Shown here piece after piece: positions 12,062-25,193 of a stretch of 64,000 bases of DNA. Positions within the stretch are counted from its first letter, which is position 1. The number at the start of each line of letters is the position of its first letter. Made by a program: the position numbers and the translations under genes. This stretch comes from Eledone cirrhosa (Eukaryota). The notes beneath the pieces were generated by a model, which was not told the DNA's origin, did not search any database, and was given only the letters and a program-made list of their open reading frames with translations. The stretch lies in assembly GCA_964016885.1 (NCBI GenBank), contig OZ024753.1, positions 14,508,001 through 14,572,000 of the forward strand, given 5' to 3'.

Positions 12062-13513
12062 TCCACATTTACAGTGTGGAACTGGTAGGTTTTTACCGTG
12101 TTACCTAAACGGCCATATTACTGCGTGGACTGTGTGTTTTTTTGTCGTGACACCTACACGACCTCATTTGTTTCGGGCTGGATGTTGTGGTACCAACATA
12201 ACTTTACATTGAAAGGGGTGGTGTGGATGAGGTGGGGATAGTGAGACGAGGGTGTATTTTGTTAGAGGTACCTACTGACTGTAGTAGGTTTCACTTTGTA
12301 CTTAGGTAAGGCGGGTCTTCTCTATTACTGTGTAGCGCCAAAGATCTCGGTCCAGTGACATTGTCTTGGAGAGGTGTGTGTGAGGTTGGAATTTATCAAG
12401 CCGTCCCAGGTTTTTTGGGGTCTGCCTACTCCGTGGCTACCGTCTATTTTTATTGCCCTGCACTTTTTTATACAGCTGTCGTCTTTCATGCGCATCACGT
12501 GACCATACCAACGTAGCCTTCTCTCGAGTAAACAGCATCTGATCTCTCTTATTTCTAATTTTACCCTTATTTCGCTTATGCTTTGCCGTTCACATATATT
12601 AGTATTACACATCCAGCGGAGCATGCAAGCTTCGTTCCTCTCCAGTCTGCGTATATCCTCTGCACACAATGCCCAGGTCTCACTGCCATGCAACATTGCT
12701 GTTCGTATGAAGGCATCATACAGCCTGCCTTTCATTTTTAGGGAGAACCCTTTAGCGGCTAATAGTGGTATAAGCTCTCTGAACTTTTTCCATCCAGTTC
12801 TGACTCTAGCTACTGTACTTTCAGAGCACCCTCCCCCACTGCTGATTTTGTCACCCAGGTAACGGAAGCTGTCCACTATTTCTACAGAACCATCTGTGCA
12901 ATGGAATGAGCTAGTATTCTGTGGGCACTTGCTGCTACTTATTGCACCAGAGCACTGGCCACATATAAAATCTATGTTCTTAGTTAGCTTACCTGTGATC
13001 CCACTACATCTTTTATGCACCCATACTTTGCATTTGGGACATAAAATGGAGTTTCTGCTTACTCCTTTCCTACACACTGAGCATGGCCATTTCCCGGATG
13101 GGACCGGCGCCCTATTTTTCTTCCTACAAACTAGAACTTTAGTCTTAGACAGGTTAATTTTAAGGCCTTTTGATTCTAGGCCATGCTTCCATGTTTGGAA
13201 TTTCTTCTCTAGTTCGGCCATTGATTCAGCTATGAGCGTAAGATCATCTGCTTATAGGAGTTCCCACGGGCAGCCGGTCTTTAACTCCACTGTTATAGCC
13301 TGAAAGGCGATAATAAATAGTAGGGGGCTAAGAACGGAGCCCTGATGAACACCAACTTTTACGCTAAACTCTTCACTATATTCGTTGTTAATTCTAACCT
13401 TGCTGACTGTTTCTTTATACATGGCTTGTATAGCTCTCACAATCCATTCATCAACACCTAGTTTTCTAAGAGCCCACCAGATAATGGAGTGGGGGACTCT
13501 GTCGAAGGCTTTC
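12062..13513 (-). mobile_element. RTE LINE family A, 5'-truncated, RT C-terminal half disrupted
   Basis: [17 protein letters not shown] mutated to a stop, [25 protein letters not shown]. Confidence 0.92.
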
Positions 13514-13524
13514 TATATATATGT

Positions 13525-13967
13525 GGAAGCACATGGCTTAGTGGTTAGAGCATTGGGCTTGCAATCGGTTGTGAGTTCAATTCTCAGACCGGGTGATGTG
13601 TTGTTTCCTTGAGCAAGATACTTTATTTCACATTGCTCCAGTTTACTCAGCTGTAAAAATGAGATGATAGGACTGTGGTCCCTATCAGCCCACTGCTAAG
13701 TGATCGTGGAGGTGCCATAGCAAAAAAGCACCCAGCCCACACTGTAAAGTGGACGTGTAGGCGCCACAGAAAAACAAAAAGCACCCAGCACTCAAAGTAA
13801 ATGAGGTTGGTTTTAGGAAGGGCATCCAGCTGTAGAAATCAAGCCAGAATCAATTCCCATATGAGGAAGACAAGGTCAGCCGACCGGACTAGGCGCACAA
13901 CAGGACAACCCGTCTAACCCATGCTAGCATGGAAGAATGGATGTATAACGGTGATGATGATGATGAT
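13525..13967 (+). mobile_element. SINE S2, long-tail variant
   Basis: S2 head and core, with a tail matching the LINE subfamily at 30166-30420. Confidence 0.85.
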
Positions 13968-14129
13968 AATGTATATACATATATAAATATATAGATATAT
14001 ACATATGTATATATATATATATATATACATATATATATGTGTATATATAAATATATATATATATACATATGTATATATATATATATACATATATATATGT
14101 GTATATATAAATATATATATATATACATA

Positions 14130-14160
<31 letters not shown>

Positions 14161-14480
14161 CATTTCATTTTCATTTTCATTTTCATTTTACGTCCACTTT
14201 TCCCTGCTTGCAAGGGTGGGACGGGAACTGATTCTGGCTTGATTTCTACAGCTGGATGCCCTTCCTAACACCAACCTCATTTACAGTGAGGGCTGGGTGC
14301 TTTTTGCCGTGGCACCTCCACGACCACTTTGCAGTGGAATGATAGGAACCCCAGTCCCTATCATCTCATTTCTACAGCTGAGTAAACTGGAGCAATGTGA
14401 AATAAAGTGTCTTGCTCAAGGAAACAACACATCACCCGGTCTGAGAATTGAACTCACAACCTTTCGATTGCAAGGCCAAT
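14161..14480 (-). mobile_element. SINE S2, head truncated
   Basis: Matches the S2 consensus; tail-to-tail with the preceding copy. Confidence 0.9.
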
Positions 14481-14591
14481 ATACATATATATATGTATAT
14501 ATATAAATATATATATATATACATACATATGTATATATATATATAAATATATATATGTATATATATAAATATATATATATATACATATGTT

Positions 14592-14625
<34 letters not shown>

Positions 14626-14626
14626 C

Positions 14627-14707
<81 letters not shown>

Positions 14708-14902
14708 TATAGTAATAAGAATATTTATACTTATATATGTTTTATATACAATTATAAATATGTAGGGTAGTACTAAGTACTAACCGGTTACCGGTATGAC
14801 AAAAGGTTCAATGCAAATTATCAAGTGTTTTACAGAGCCGAGATACAAAGTGTTAAAACAATCAAATCTTTGTTTATTACATTTATTTGATTATAATTGT
14901 AC

Positions 14903-15147
14903 AAATCGGTATATGTTATATGAGGTGTAATGCAAAGCACGTGATTGAATTGGGTAGGTGATTTAATTATAAACAACTCAAAAAAAATTACATCTCAAAC
15001 TAAAAGAATTCCATGGTTAATAAATGTGAGTTACAACCAACATATACATCTAAATATGAACTACAATATATAAACACTGGAGTGAAAATCACCTACCCAA
15101 TTCTATTACGTGCTTTGCATTACACCTCACATAACATATACCTATTT
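14903..15147. repeat. Inverted repeat, about 62-bp arms and 121-bp spacer (unclassified)
   Basis: GGTATATGTTATATGAGGTGTAATGCAAAGCACGTG...GGGTAGGTGATTT versus AAATCACCTACCC...CGTGCTTTGCATTACACCTCACATAACATATACC. Confidence 0.75.
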
Positions 15148-15213
15148 TATCACCACATGTCTCCCCACCATATAGCACACCATTTTAAACATCTCTAACA
15201 CTTACAACATCAT

Positions 15214-15449
15214 TTAACCCTTTAGCATTCACATTACTTTTATATAAAGGAATGCTATTGTATTTTCATGGTAAAGGCTTTACCTCACATAATTATCCCA
15301 CATAACATCAAATCTATGAGATTTTGAAAGTATTTATTTTGAAAACAATACCTTAACATCAGTTTGAGTGACCAGTTACAGCCAGTTTCAACAGAAAAAG
15401 GTAGAGAATTCTGGCCGGTTTTGGTCGGTTTGAACATTAAAGGGTTGAC
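15214..15449 (+). mobile_element. piggyBac-like TTAA MITE
   Basis: TTAA|CCCTTTAGCATTC ... GAACATTAAAGGG|TTGA. Confidence 0.8.
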
Positions 15450-16202
15450 ATTCTACACAAAATATGCTTATTTCAGCTGTAATATAACTCTTTCCTCATA
15501 CTTGCCTTATTGACTGTATTGACTCCTGCATTGTATGCCCCTAACATTACCTGATCTCCAATGCTAAGATATCTTATATCTTATCAAACCCCTCTATAGA
15601 TCCCACCTGCATTTGAAAAATGTGTCTATCAATGCGACTTCTACTGTCTAATTTCCCTGTACATCTACTGCATACGCATTTCTCCCTACCTGTTAGTTTG
15701 CCTGCTATCCCACTATATATATATACATGACAAAAAGCACCCAGTCCACACTGTAAATATGGTTGGCGCTAGGAAGAGCATCCAGCTGTAGAAAACCAGC
15801 CAGGATCAGTTCTGTACGAGCGAGACACGGTCACCCAACCAATCTTGCCTCAAGTGGGACAAACCTGTCCAATCCATGCTAGTATGGAAGATGGATGTTA
15901 AACGATGATGATATGATAATTGGTAAATTTTTTAAATTTAATACATGTATGTTTAACTTTTCAATTCCAATTACTCGTGCTAAGCTGACTTTGTCATGTA
16001 AAATTGTGGGTTTGCTGTGTATTCTAATTTTTTTTGTGTATGAGGGGCCTCCCCAGACCTGAACTGCCCAGGCTTCCCTAAGGTCTAAATTGTGCCCTGA
16101 TCCCACTGATGACCAAAGTCTATCGACTGATCATGAGATCTACATACCATCATCTTTATTATGGTTATCATCAGTCATTCTATCTTTGGCACAGTTCCTA
16201 TA

Positions 16203-16622
16203 GCCCTTTTTAATACCAACAACTCCATTGTGTAGAGTGTATTCGGGTAGCTTGAGGCCCTTTTTAATACCAACAACTCCATTGTGTAGAGTGTATTCGG
16301 GTAGCTTGAGGCCCTTTTTAATACCAACAACTCCATTGTGTAGAGTGTATTCGGGTAGCTTGAGGCCCTTTTTAATACCAACAACTCCATTGTGTACAGT
16401 GTATTCGGGTAGCTTGAGGCCCTTTTTAATACCAACAACTCCATTGTGTAGAGTGTATTCGGGTAGCTTGAGGCCCTTTTTAATACCAACAACTCCATTG
16501 TGTACAGTGTATTAGGGTAGCTTGAGGCCCTTTTTAATACCAACAACTCCATTGTGTACAGTGTATTAGGGTAGCTTGAGGCCCTTTTTAATACCAACAA
16601 CTCCATTGTGTAGAGTGTATTA
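16203..16622. repeat. Minisatellite, 54-bp unit, about 8 copies
   Basis: Unit GCCCTTTTTAATACCAACAACTCCATTGTGTAGAGTGTATTCGGGTAGCTTGAG. Confidence 0.95.
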
Positions 16623-16650
16623 GGCTTCATTTTATTGAAACAACAACACT

Positions 16651-16935
16651 AGGCAGTATCGGTAGAGGGTCGGACGCCATACTTTGCAGCATAGAGTTAC
16701 GTCCCTTTATGGTCTGAGTTCAAATCCCGCCGAGGTTAACTTTGCCCTTCATCCTTACGGGGGTCGATGAAATAAAGTACCAGTAATGTACTGGGGATAA
16801 CTGCTGGCCTTGTGCCAATAGTAGAAACAACTATTATGAATTGATTATAAAAGTTGCACTAGATGTAGGAGGAGAGTGACTGTCTGCTACTGCTGCTGGC
16901 AAATAATGATGACAAAGAAAATACAATGATGATGA

Positions 16936-16969
<34 letters not shown>

Positions 16970-17124
16970 GGTGATGATGATGGTGGTGGTGGTGGTGGTG
17001 GTGGCGGTGGTGGTGGTGATGATGATGGTGGTGGTGGTGGTGATGGTGGTGGTGGTGATGATGATGGTGGTGGTGGTGGTGATGATGATGGTGGTGGTGG
17101 TGGTGGTGATGGTGGTGGTGGTGG

Positions 17125-17155
<31 letters not shown>

Positions 17156-17448
17156 GGTGATGGTGGTGGTGGTGGTGGTGGTGGTGGTGGTGGTGGTGAT
17201 GAAAGTGGTGGTGGTGTTGATGACAATGACGATGATGGTGTTAATAGCGAGGATGATAATTGTTTCTACTTTTGGCACAAGGCCAGCAATTACCCCAGTG
17301 TATTACTGGTACTTTATTTTATCGACCCCGTAAGGTTGAAAGGCAAAGTTAACCTCGGCGGGATTTGAACTCAGAATGGCAAGGGCCGTAACTCTATGCG
17401 TCAAAGCATGGCGTCCGACCCTCTACCGATACTACCAATTCACCACCT
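16651..17448. mobile_element. Two SINE S1 copies in inverted orientation (16651-16835 +, 17260-17448 -) around a (GAT/GGT)n tract
   Basis: Both match the S1 consensus. Confidence 0.85.
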
Positions 17449-17941
17449 TAGTGGTGGTGGTGATGATGGTAGCGGTGGTGGTGGTGGTGGTGGTGGTGGT
17501 GGTAGTGATAATGATGGTATCAGTGGTGGTGGTGGTGGCGATAATGATAGTAGCGGTGGTGGTGGTGGCGATAATGATGGTAGCGGTGGTGGTGGTGGTG
17601 ATAATGATGGTAGCGGTGGTGGTGGTGGTGATAATGATGGTAGCGGTGATAATAATAATGACGATGATGATGATGATATATCAATCACCAATGTTATTAC
17701 TATTCATGTTTTTCGACATTTTTCTCAAAATTTTCATAAAGATACAATTTAAAAAAAAAAATATATTAAATTTGTAATGACAGACAAACAATAAATTGAA
17801 TTAAATGATATCAAATTTTAATTCTAAATATTGAAAATATGCTATTAAATGAGACTAAATGTTGATACTGAAACTCTGTATATGATAATTTATAGGAATT
17901 AATGAAATAAAGTTAGAGAGAAAAGTATATATATGTGTATA

Positions 17942-18269
17942 TCATCATCATCATCATCATCATTTTACGTCCGCTTTTTCCTTGCTTGCAAGGGTGGGAT
18001 GGGAACTGATTCTGGCTTGATTTCTACAGCTGGATGCCCTTCCTAACACCAACCTCATTTACAGTGAGTGCTGGGGGCTTTTTTGCTGTGGCACCTCCAC
18101 GACCACTTTACAGTAGTCCCTATCATCTCATTTCTATAGCTGAGTAAACTGGAGCAATGTGAAATAAAGTGTCTTGCTCAAGGAAACAACACATCACCCG
18201 GTCTGAGAATTGAACTCACAACCTTTCGATTGCAAGGCCAATGCTCTAACCACTAAGCCATGTGCCTCC
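17942..18269 (-). mobile_element. SINE S2
   Basis: Matches the S2 consensus. Confidence 0.9.
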
Positions 18270-18342
18270 ATATGTGTATATATATATATATATATTATTC
18301 AAAATATTAATAAATGAATACGTTCACATAATCAAAATATAT

Positions 18343-18409
18343 GTTTTATTATATATATTTCGGAGGTACTGTGTTGTTTTTTTTCAGTACATCCTCATCA
18401 GATAAAATA
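18343..18409 (-). ncRNA. Type I hammerhead ribozyme
   Basis: TTTTAT-CTGATGA-GGATGTACTG/CAGTACCTCC-GAAA-TATATA-TA^-ATAAAA. Stem I pairs and stem III is palindromic. Confidence 0.8.
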
Positions 18410-18508
18410 TCTCAACTGTCTTGATGGTTCAATTCCAGTATTGGTAGTGGAATTGAATACTGGAATTGAACCATCAAGACAGTTGAGGTATGTCATACAT
18501 CAATTCCT

Positions 18509-18575
18509 ATATTTCATCTGATGAGGGCGTACTGAAAAAACAGCACAGTACGTCCGAAATATATATAATAAAACA
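18509..18575 (+). ncRNA. Type I hammerhead ribozyme
   Basis: TTTCAT-CTGATGA-GGGCGTACTG/CAGTACGTCC-GAAA-TATATA-TA^-ATAAAA. Confidence 0.8.
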
Positions 18576-18716
18576 TATATTTTCATTATGTGAACGTATT
18601 CATTTATTAATATTTTGAATAATATTACTAACTCCAGAAAACTTCTTTGTAGAGTGCTTTTAATCTATTGTAAAACTATATTCATTGAGTAATCAATGAA
18701 TCATATTAATCTTTGG

Positions 18717-18761
<45 letters not shown>

Positions 18762-19035
18762 CAAAATTCAGACTAACAGAAAACAAAAAAACAGACAAAC
18801 GCAGGAGTAAATGTTACAAATATTATTAGTTTCATGCTTGGTGAGAGTGGGAGATATGGTTGCAACGTTTCTGGCTTAAGCCCTTCATCAGGAGAGTGTG
18901 TGTGTGTGTGTGGGGGGGGACTCCGAGAAGGAATGAGGGGGGAGTTAGTGAGAGAAATAGAAATAGAAATAAATTGAAAATATATACACATAAATACGGT
19001 ATACACACACATATATATTTATATATACATATATA

Positions 19036-19411
19036 CAAGGGTAATCCCAAAAGCAAGGTCTCCAAAGCGAAGGGGACGCAGAGAAACTGTTCGTATGGCT
19101 GTTGGCAACACTGTTGTGATTGGTGCTTCCTTCACTCCCAAACAAGCATGCGTGCGCTTCGCTGGGATGCACAATCTTGGCTTGGCAGCCATTGAGAATG
19201 TAGATCCCGCTGAACGCTACCGCCAAGTGCGAATTTCGCGCAGTTATTTTATACGAGGGCAATCCTTCCGAGGAAAACATTTGTAAAGATCGGCGGATCA
19301 CTCTGGATGCTCTCTGCATTTTGGTTCCTGAGGTTTCGCGAAGCACCATCCACAGGATTTTAACGGAGAAGTTGCAAATCGGAAGAAGACCTTACTTTTG
19401 GGATTGCCCTC
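19036..19411 (+). mobile_element. Tc1/mariner internal-deletion derivative
   Basis: TIRs CAAGGGTAATCCCAAAAGCAAGGTCT / AGACCTTACTTTTGGGATTGCCCTC, with TA at the left. An internal mariner-like HTH remnant reads DRRITLDAL...VSRSTIHRILTEKL. Confidence 0.8.
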
Positions 19412-19854
19412 CACGACCACTTTGCAGTGGAATGATAAATGATAGGGCCCTCAGTCCTATCATCTCATTTCTACAGCTGAGTAAAGTGGAGCAATGTGAA
19501 ATAAAGTGTCTTGCTCAAGGAAACAACATATATATAAATACAGTATACACACACACACGTGTGTGTGTATATATATAACTGGTATACACACATATATATG
19601 TATTTGCATATATATATATATACAGGGTGCGGACGATATTTGTTCGCAAGATTACTGTCTAGGAAAAAAAGAAATGAAATGAATATAGTAAGAAATATAT
19701 ATGTTTACTTCAGGTTTTCAATGAAATAAATACAAACAATAAAAATCAAAATAGACAAAAATAAAACAAATTTACTGATTCCCTCACATTTCTTTTTACT
19801 GTTTTTACTATAATTTCAGTTTCTGACCAAATAACAGCAACAACAACAATAACG

Positions 19855-20568
19855 GTTTCTGATTCAGGCACAAGGGGTGGGGTAAAAGTTGATTAAATCG
19901 ACCTCAGTGCATTACTGGTACTTTATCTGATCAATCCCGTAAGGATGAATGGCAAAGCTAATCTTGGAGGTATCTGAACTCAGAGTATAAAAGGACATAA
20001 CTCTACGCGGCAAAGCATTTTGTTCGACGTTCTACCGATACTGCCAATCCACTGCCCTGAAAAAAATCATGCAAAGCATTTCAGCCGATGCTCTACCAAT
20101 TCTGCCAATCGACTACCCTAAATAATGGTTTCTTATTTAGGCACAAGGCCAGCAATTTTGAGCGAGGGGAAAATCGATTAAATCGTCCGCAGTGCGTGAC
20201 TGGTACTTTATTTTATCGACCCTGTAAGGATGAAAGGCAAAGTTAATGTCGGTGGGATTTGAACTCAGAACACAAAGGGTCATAACTCTATGCTGTAAAG
20301 CATGGCATCCGACCCTCTACCGATTCTGACAATCCACCGCCCTAATAATAATAATGATGAAGATAATGAAAACGATACTGATAATAATTGTTTCTACGTT
20401 TGGCAGCAATTACCCCAGTGCATTATTGGTACTTTATGTTATCGTCCCCCATAAGGATAAAAGGCAAAGTTAACCTAGGCAGGATTTGAACTCAGATTGT
20501 AAAGGGCCGTAACTCTATTCTCCAAAGCATGACGTCCGACCCTCTACCGCTTCTACTAATCCACTGCG
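19855..20568 (-). mobile_element. Three tandem SINE S1 copies (19855-20058, 20125-20343, 20388-20568)
   Basis: Each matches the S1 consensus. Confidence 0.85.
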
Positions 20569-20849
20569 ACAGTGATAATAATAATAACTACATAAAAAAA
20601 ATAGTCAACATCAAATCAAATAAAAAAAAAACCATAACAAAGAAACGAAATGGAAAAAAGAGGAAAAGAAGGGAAACAGTTTTAAAAATAAAACAAGAAA
20701 AAGAGGAAAACCACAAGAGAAAAAATTTGTAAAAAAAAATGTAAAAATTGGAGTTGATTGTAATTTTGGTAAAGGTCAGGAATCTGTATTATAACTGATA
20801 TTGTGACTGAAGATATCAAAAGAGATTTTCAAAATATATCTATTTTATA

Positions 20850-20927
20850 CAGGGTGTCCCCAAAAATGTATACATACTTCAACAGCATTCTAATAAAAGT
20901 GTGTATACATTTTGGTGGGACACCCTG
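20850..20927. mobile_element. 78-bp Tc1/mariner-type MITE
   Basis: TA|CAGGGTGTCCC..AAAATGTATACATACTT / AAGTGTGTATACATTTT..GGGACACCCTG. Confidence 0.75.
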
Positions 20928-20930
20928 TTT

Positions 20931-21282
20931 ATCATCATCATCATTTATAATCATTTCATTTTACGTCCGCTTTTTCCCTGCTTGCAAGGGTGGGACGGGA
21001 ACTGATTCTGGCTTGATTTCTACAGCTGGACGCCCTTCCTAACACCAACCTCATTTACAGTGAGTGCTGGGTGCTTTTTTGCCGTGGCACCTCCACGACC
21101 ACTTTGCAGTGAAATGATAGGGAGCCCAGTCCCTATCATCTCATTTCTACAGCTGAGTAAACTGGAGCAATGTGAAATAAAGTGTCTTGCTCAAGGAAAC
21201 AACACATCACCCGGTCTGAGAATTGAACTCACAACCTTTCGATTGCAAAGCCAATGCTCTAACCACTAAGCCATGTGCCTCC
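20931..21282 (-). mobile_element. SINE S2, full length
   Basis: Matches the S2 consensus. Confidence 0.9.
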
Positions 21283-21292
21283 ATATTTATAT

Positions 21293-21930
21293 ATCATCAT
21301 CATCATCATCATCAACGTTTAACGTCCGTGTTCCACGCTTGCATGGGTTTGGACGGGGGTAGTCCCACTTGAGGCAAGAGTGATTGTCTTGCTCGCATAG
21401 GACTGTCTGGCAGGTTTTCTACAGTTGGATGCCCTTCCTAACACCAACCACATTTACAGTGTGGGTCTGGGAGGTTTTTACCGTGTTGCCTACACGGCCA
21501 CATTACAGCGTGGACTGTGTGTCTTTTTGTCGTGACACCTACACGATCTCATTTGTTTCAGCCTGGATGGCGCGGCACCAACATAACTTTACATAGAACG
21601 GGGTGGTGTGGATGGGGTGGGGGTGGTGGCGGGACGGGGTGTATTTTGTTAGAGATGCCTACTGGCAAGGCGGGTCTTCTCTGTTACTGAGTACCGCCAA
21701 AGGTCTCGGTCCAGTGACATTGTCTTGGAGAGGTGTAAGTGTGTGAGGTCGGAGTTTATCAGCTCATCCCATGTTTTTCTATGTCTGCCTATTCCGTGGC
21801 TACCGTCTATCTTTATTGCCCTGCACTTTGTTATACAGCTATCGACTTTCATGCGCATCACGTGTCCATACCAACGCAGCCTTCTCTCGAGTAAACAACA
21901 TCTGATCCCTCTTATCTCTAATTTTTTCCA
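21293..21930 (-). mobile_element. RTE LINE family A 3' end
   Basis: [12 protein letters not shown]...[10 protein letters not shown], followed by the 3' UTR and (CAT)n. Confidence 0.9.
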
Positions 21931-22185
21931 TATATATACATATATATAATATATATATATATATATAATATATATATATATATAATATATATATACATAC
22001 ATATATATATATACATACATACATATATATATAAAATATATATATATACATACATAATGTAGGAGGTGAGTTTTATTGTAGTACAATAAAGCAATGCAGA
22101 TATCGGATAATAAGCTCTCTACAGTTTGTAGGACTGGAGTATACATAATATATAAGAACAAAAGATGGTTAAAAGAGTTCCATGT

Positions 22186-22252
22186 ATTTTATTATGCGCA
22201 TTTCAAAAACAAATATCATGCAATAATATTTGTGTTTTCATCAGATAAAACA
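22186..22252 (-). ncRNA. Type I hammerhead ribozyme
   Basis: Inverted copy of 22374-22443. Confidence 0.78.
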
Positions 22253-22373
22253 TGAAGACATGATATGAAGGTTAAAAAACACTTGTGGATAGTTCAGTTG
22301 ATAGTTCAGTTGCTATGTTGATTTAAAACTGAACTATCCACAAGTGTTTTTTAACCTTCATATCATGTCTTCA

Positions 22374-22443
22374 TGTTTTATCTGATGAAAACACAAATAT
22401 TATTGCATGATGATATTTGTTTTTGAAATGCGCATAATAAAAT
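22374..22443 (+). ncRNA. Type I hammerhead ribozyme
   Basis: GTTTTAT-CTGATGA-AAACACAAATAT/ATATTTGTTTTT-GAAA-TGCGCA-TA^-ATAAAAT. Stem III is the palindrome ATGCGCAT. Confidence 0.8.
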
Positions 22444-22588
22444 ACATGGAACTCTTTTAACCATCTTTTGTTCTTATATATTATATACATAAATATATAT
22501 ATATATAATATATATAATTTTCCTTCGTTATATATATATGTATAAATATATATATATGTATATATGTATATATATATGTTTATGTATA

Positions 22589-22622
<34 letters not shown>

Positions 22623-22750
22623 CATATATACATATATACATATATATATATATACATATATACATATATACATATATACATATATGTATATATACATATA
22701 TACATATATATACATATATACATATATACATATATATATATATATACACT

Positions 22751-23131
22751 CAGATGGTGGATGGGTGCTACACGAGAATGCTGAGGATGGCTCTGAACAT
22801 TAATCAGTATACACTGAGGATGAAAAACTCAGAGCTGTATGGGAGCATCCCAAAAGTGAGCTCAAAAGTGACACAGAGGAGACTGAGGTTGGCTGGACAT
22901 GCTCACCGACATCCAGAGTTGACATTGCACTCGGTGCTCCTTTGGGAGCCCCTACATGGACACACTAGAAGAGGAAGACCAAGGTTAACATATATTGATG
23001 CCCTGAGGACAGACACTGGTCTGTTGGAGATGCAGGATATGGCAGCGATAATGAGGGACAGAGACCGCTGGAGAGAACTCGTCCATGGATCTCGGGAATT
23101 TTACCCGCCTTAGATAGATAGATAGATAGAT
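22751..23131 (+). mobile_element. RTE LINE family B 3' end (open C-terminal frame, stop abutting a (TAGA)n tail)
   Basis: [14 protein letters not shown]...[12 protein letters not shown]...LLWEP...[13 protein letters not shown], a typical RTE C-terminus. Confidence 0.85.
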
Positions 23132-23239
23132 ATATATATATACATATATATATACATATATAGATATATATATACACATATATATATATATACATATATA
23201 TACAGATATATATATATATACACATATATATATATACAC

Positions 23240-23324
<85 letters not shown>

Positions 23325-23427
23325 CATATATATATACACATATATATATACGCATATATATATATACACATATATATATACACATATATATATATACACA
23401 TATATATATACACATATATATATACAC

Positions 23428-23460
<33 letters not shown>

Positions 23461-24234
23461 TATACACATATATATATATACACATATATATATATACATA
23501 TATACACATATATATATACACATATATATATACACATAATTATAGACATATATATATATACACATATATATATACACATATATATATATATATATATACA
23601 CATATATATATACACATATATATACACATATATATATATACACACATATATATATACATATATACACATATATATATACACATATATATATACACATATA
23701 TATATATACATATATACACATATATATATACACATATATATATACATATATATATACACATATATATATACATATATATATACACATATATATATATACA
23801 CATATATATACATACACATATATATACATATATATATATACACATATATATACATATATATATACACATATATATATATACACATATATATATACATATA
23901 TATATACACATATATATACATATATATATAAACATATATATACACATATATATATACACATATATATATACATATATATATACAAGCAAATTATAAATGT
24001 AAACATGTATGTTTTTGAATATATACATATATATATATACACATATATATATACATATATATATATACACACATATATATATACATATACACATATATAT
24101 ATATACATATATATATATACACACATATATATATATACATATATATATACATATATAGATATATATATACACATATATATATATATACATATATATACAG
24201 ATATATATATATATACACATATATATATATACAC

Positions 24235-24319
<85 letters not shown>

Positions 24320-24422
24320 CATATATATATACACATATATATATACGCATATATATATATACACATATATATATACACATATATATATATACACATATAT
24401 ATATACACATATATATATACAC

Positions 24423-24455
<33 letters not shown>

Positions 24456-25192
24456 TATACACATATATATATATACACATATATATATATACATATATAC
24501 ACATATATATATACACATATATATATACACATAATTATAGACATATATATATATACACATATATATATACACATATATATATATATATATATACACATAT
24601 ATATATACACATATATATACACATATATATATATACACACATATATATATACATATATACACATATATATATACACATATATATATACACATATATATAT
24701 ATACATATATACACATATATATATACACATATATATATACATATATATATACACATATATATATACATATATATATACACATATATATATATACACATAT
24801 ATATACATACACATATATATACATATATATATATACACATATATATACATATATATATACACATATATATATATACACATATATATATACATATATATAT
24901 ACACATATATATACATATATATATAAACATATATATACACATATATATATACACATATATATATACATATATATATACAAGCAAATTATAAATGTAAACA
25001 TGTATGTTTTTGAATATATACATATATATATATACACATATATATATACATATATATATATACACACATATATATATACATATACACATATATATATATA
25101 CATATATATATATACACACATATATATATATACATATATATATATACATATATACATATCTATATATATACACACATATATATATATATACA
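23132..25192. repeat. (TA/CA)n microsatellite containing a 995-bp tandem duplication
   Basis: Unique landmarks (ATAATTATAGAC; CAAGCAAATTATAAATGTAAACATG) recur 995 bp apart. Confidence 0.9.
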
Positions 25193-25193
25193 T

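Larger units (their letters stand above)
18292..18718 (+). mobile_element. Non-autonomous Penelope-like element with inverted 5' arm (arms 18292-18442 and 18456-18625), in (TA)n
   Basis: About 150-bp inverted repeat with a hammerhead in each arm, a unique 3' tail with a bulged hairpin at 18631-18655, and TA-repeat flanks. Confidence 0.7.
22055..22489 (-). mobile_element. Non-autonomous Penelope-like element with about 160-bp inverted arms (22139-22299 and 22327-22488)
   Basis: Near-perfect inverted repeat with a hammerhead in both arms and a bulged 3' hairpin at 22117-22140 (-), embedded in (TA)n. Confidence 0.7.

Noticed and set aside
16175-16630. 18-aa repeat protein ORF (also the 16-aa repeat at 59042-59515)
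   Set aside because: Unit lengths of 54 and 48 bp are multiples of three, so open frames arise by chance on both strands.
18855-18897. Hammerhead on the minus strand (CTGATGA-AGGGC-TTAA-GCCA-GAAACGTT)
   Set aside because: The core is recognisable but there is no stem I partner and the base of stem II is mismatched. It is probably a decayed relic and was not counted.
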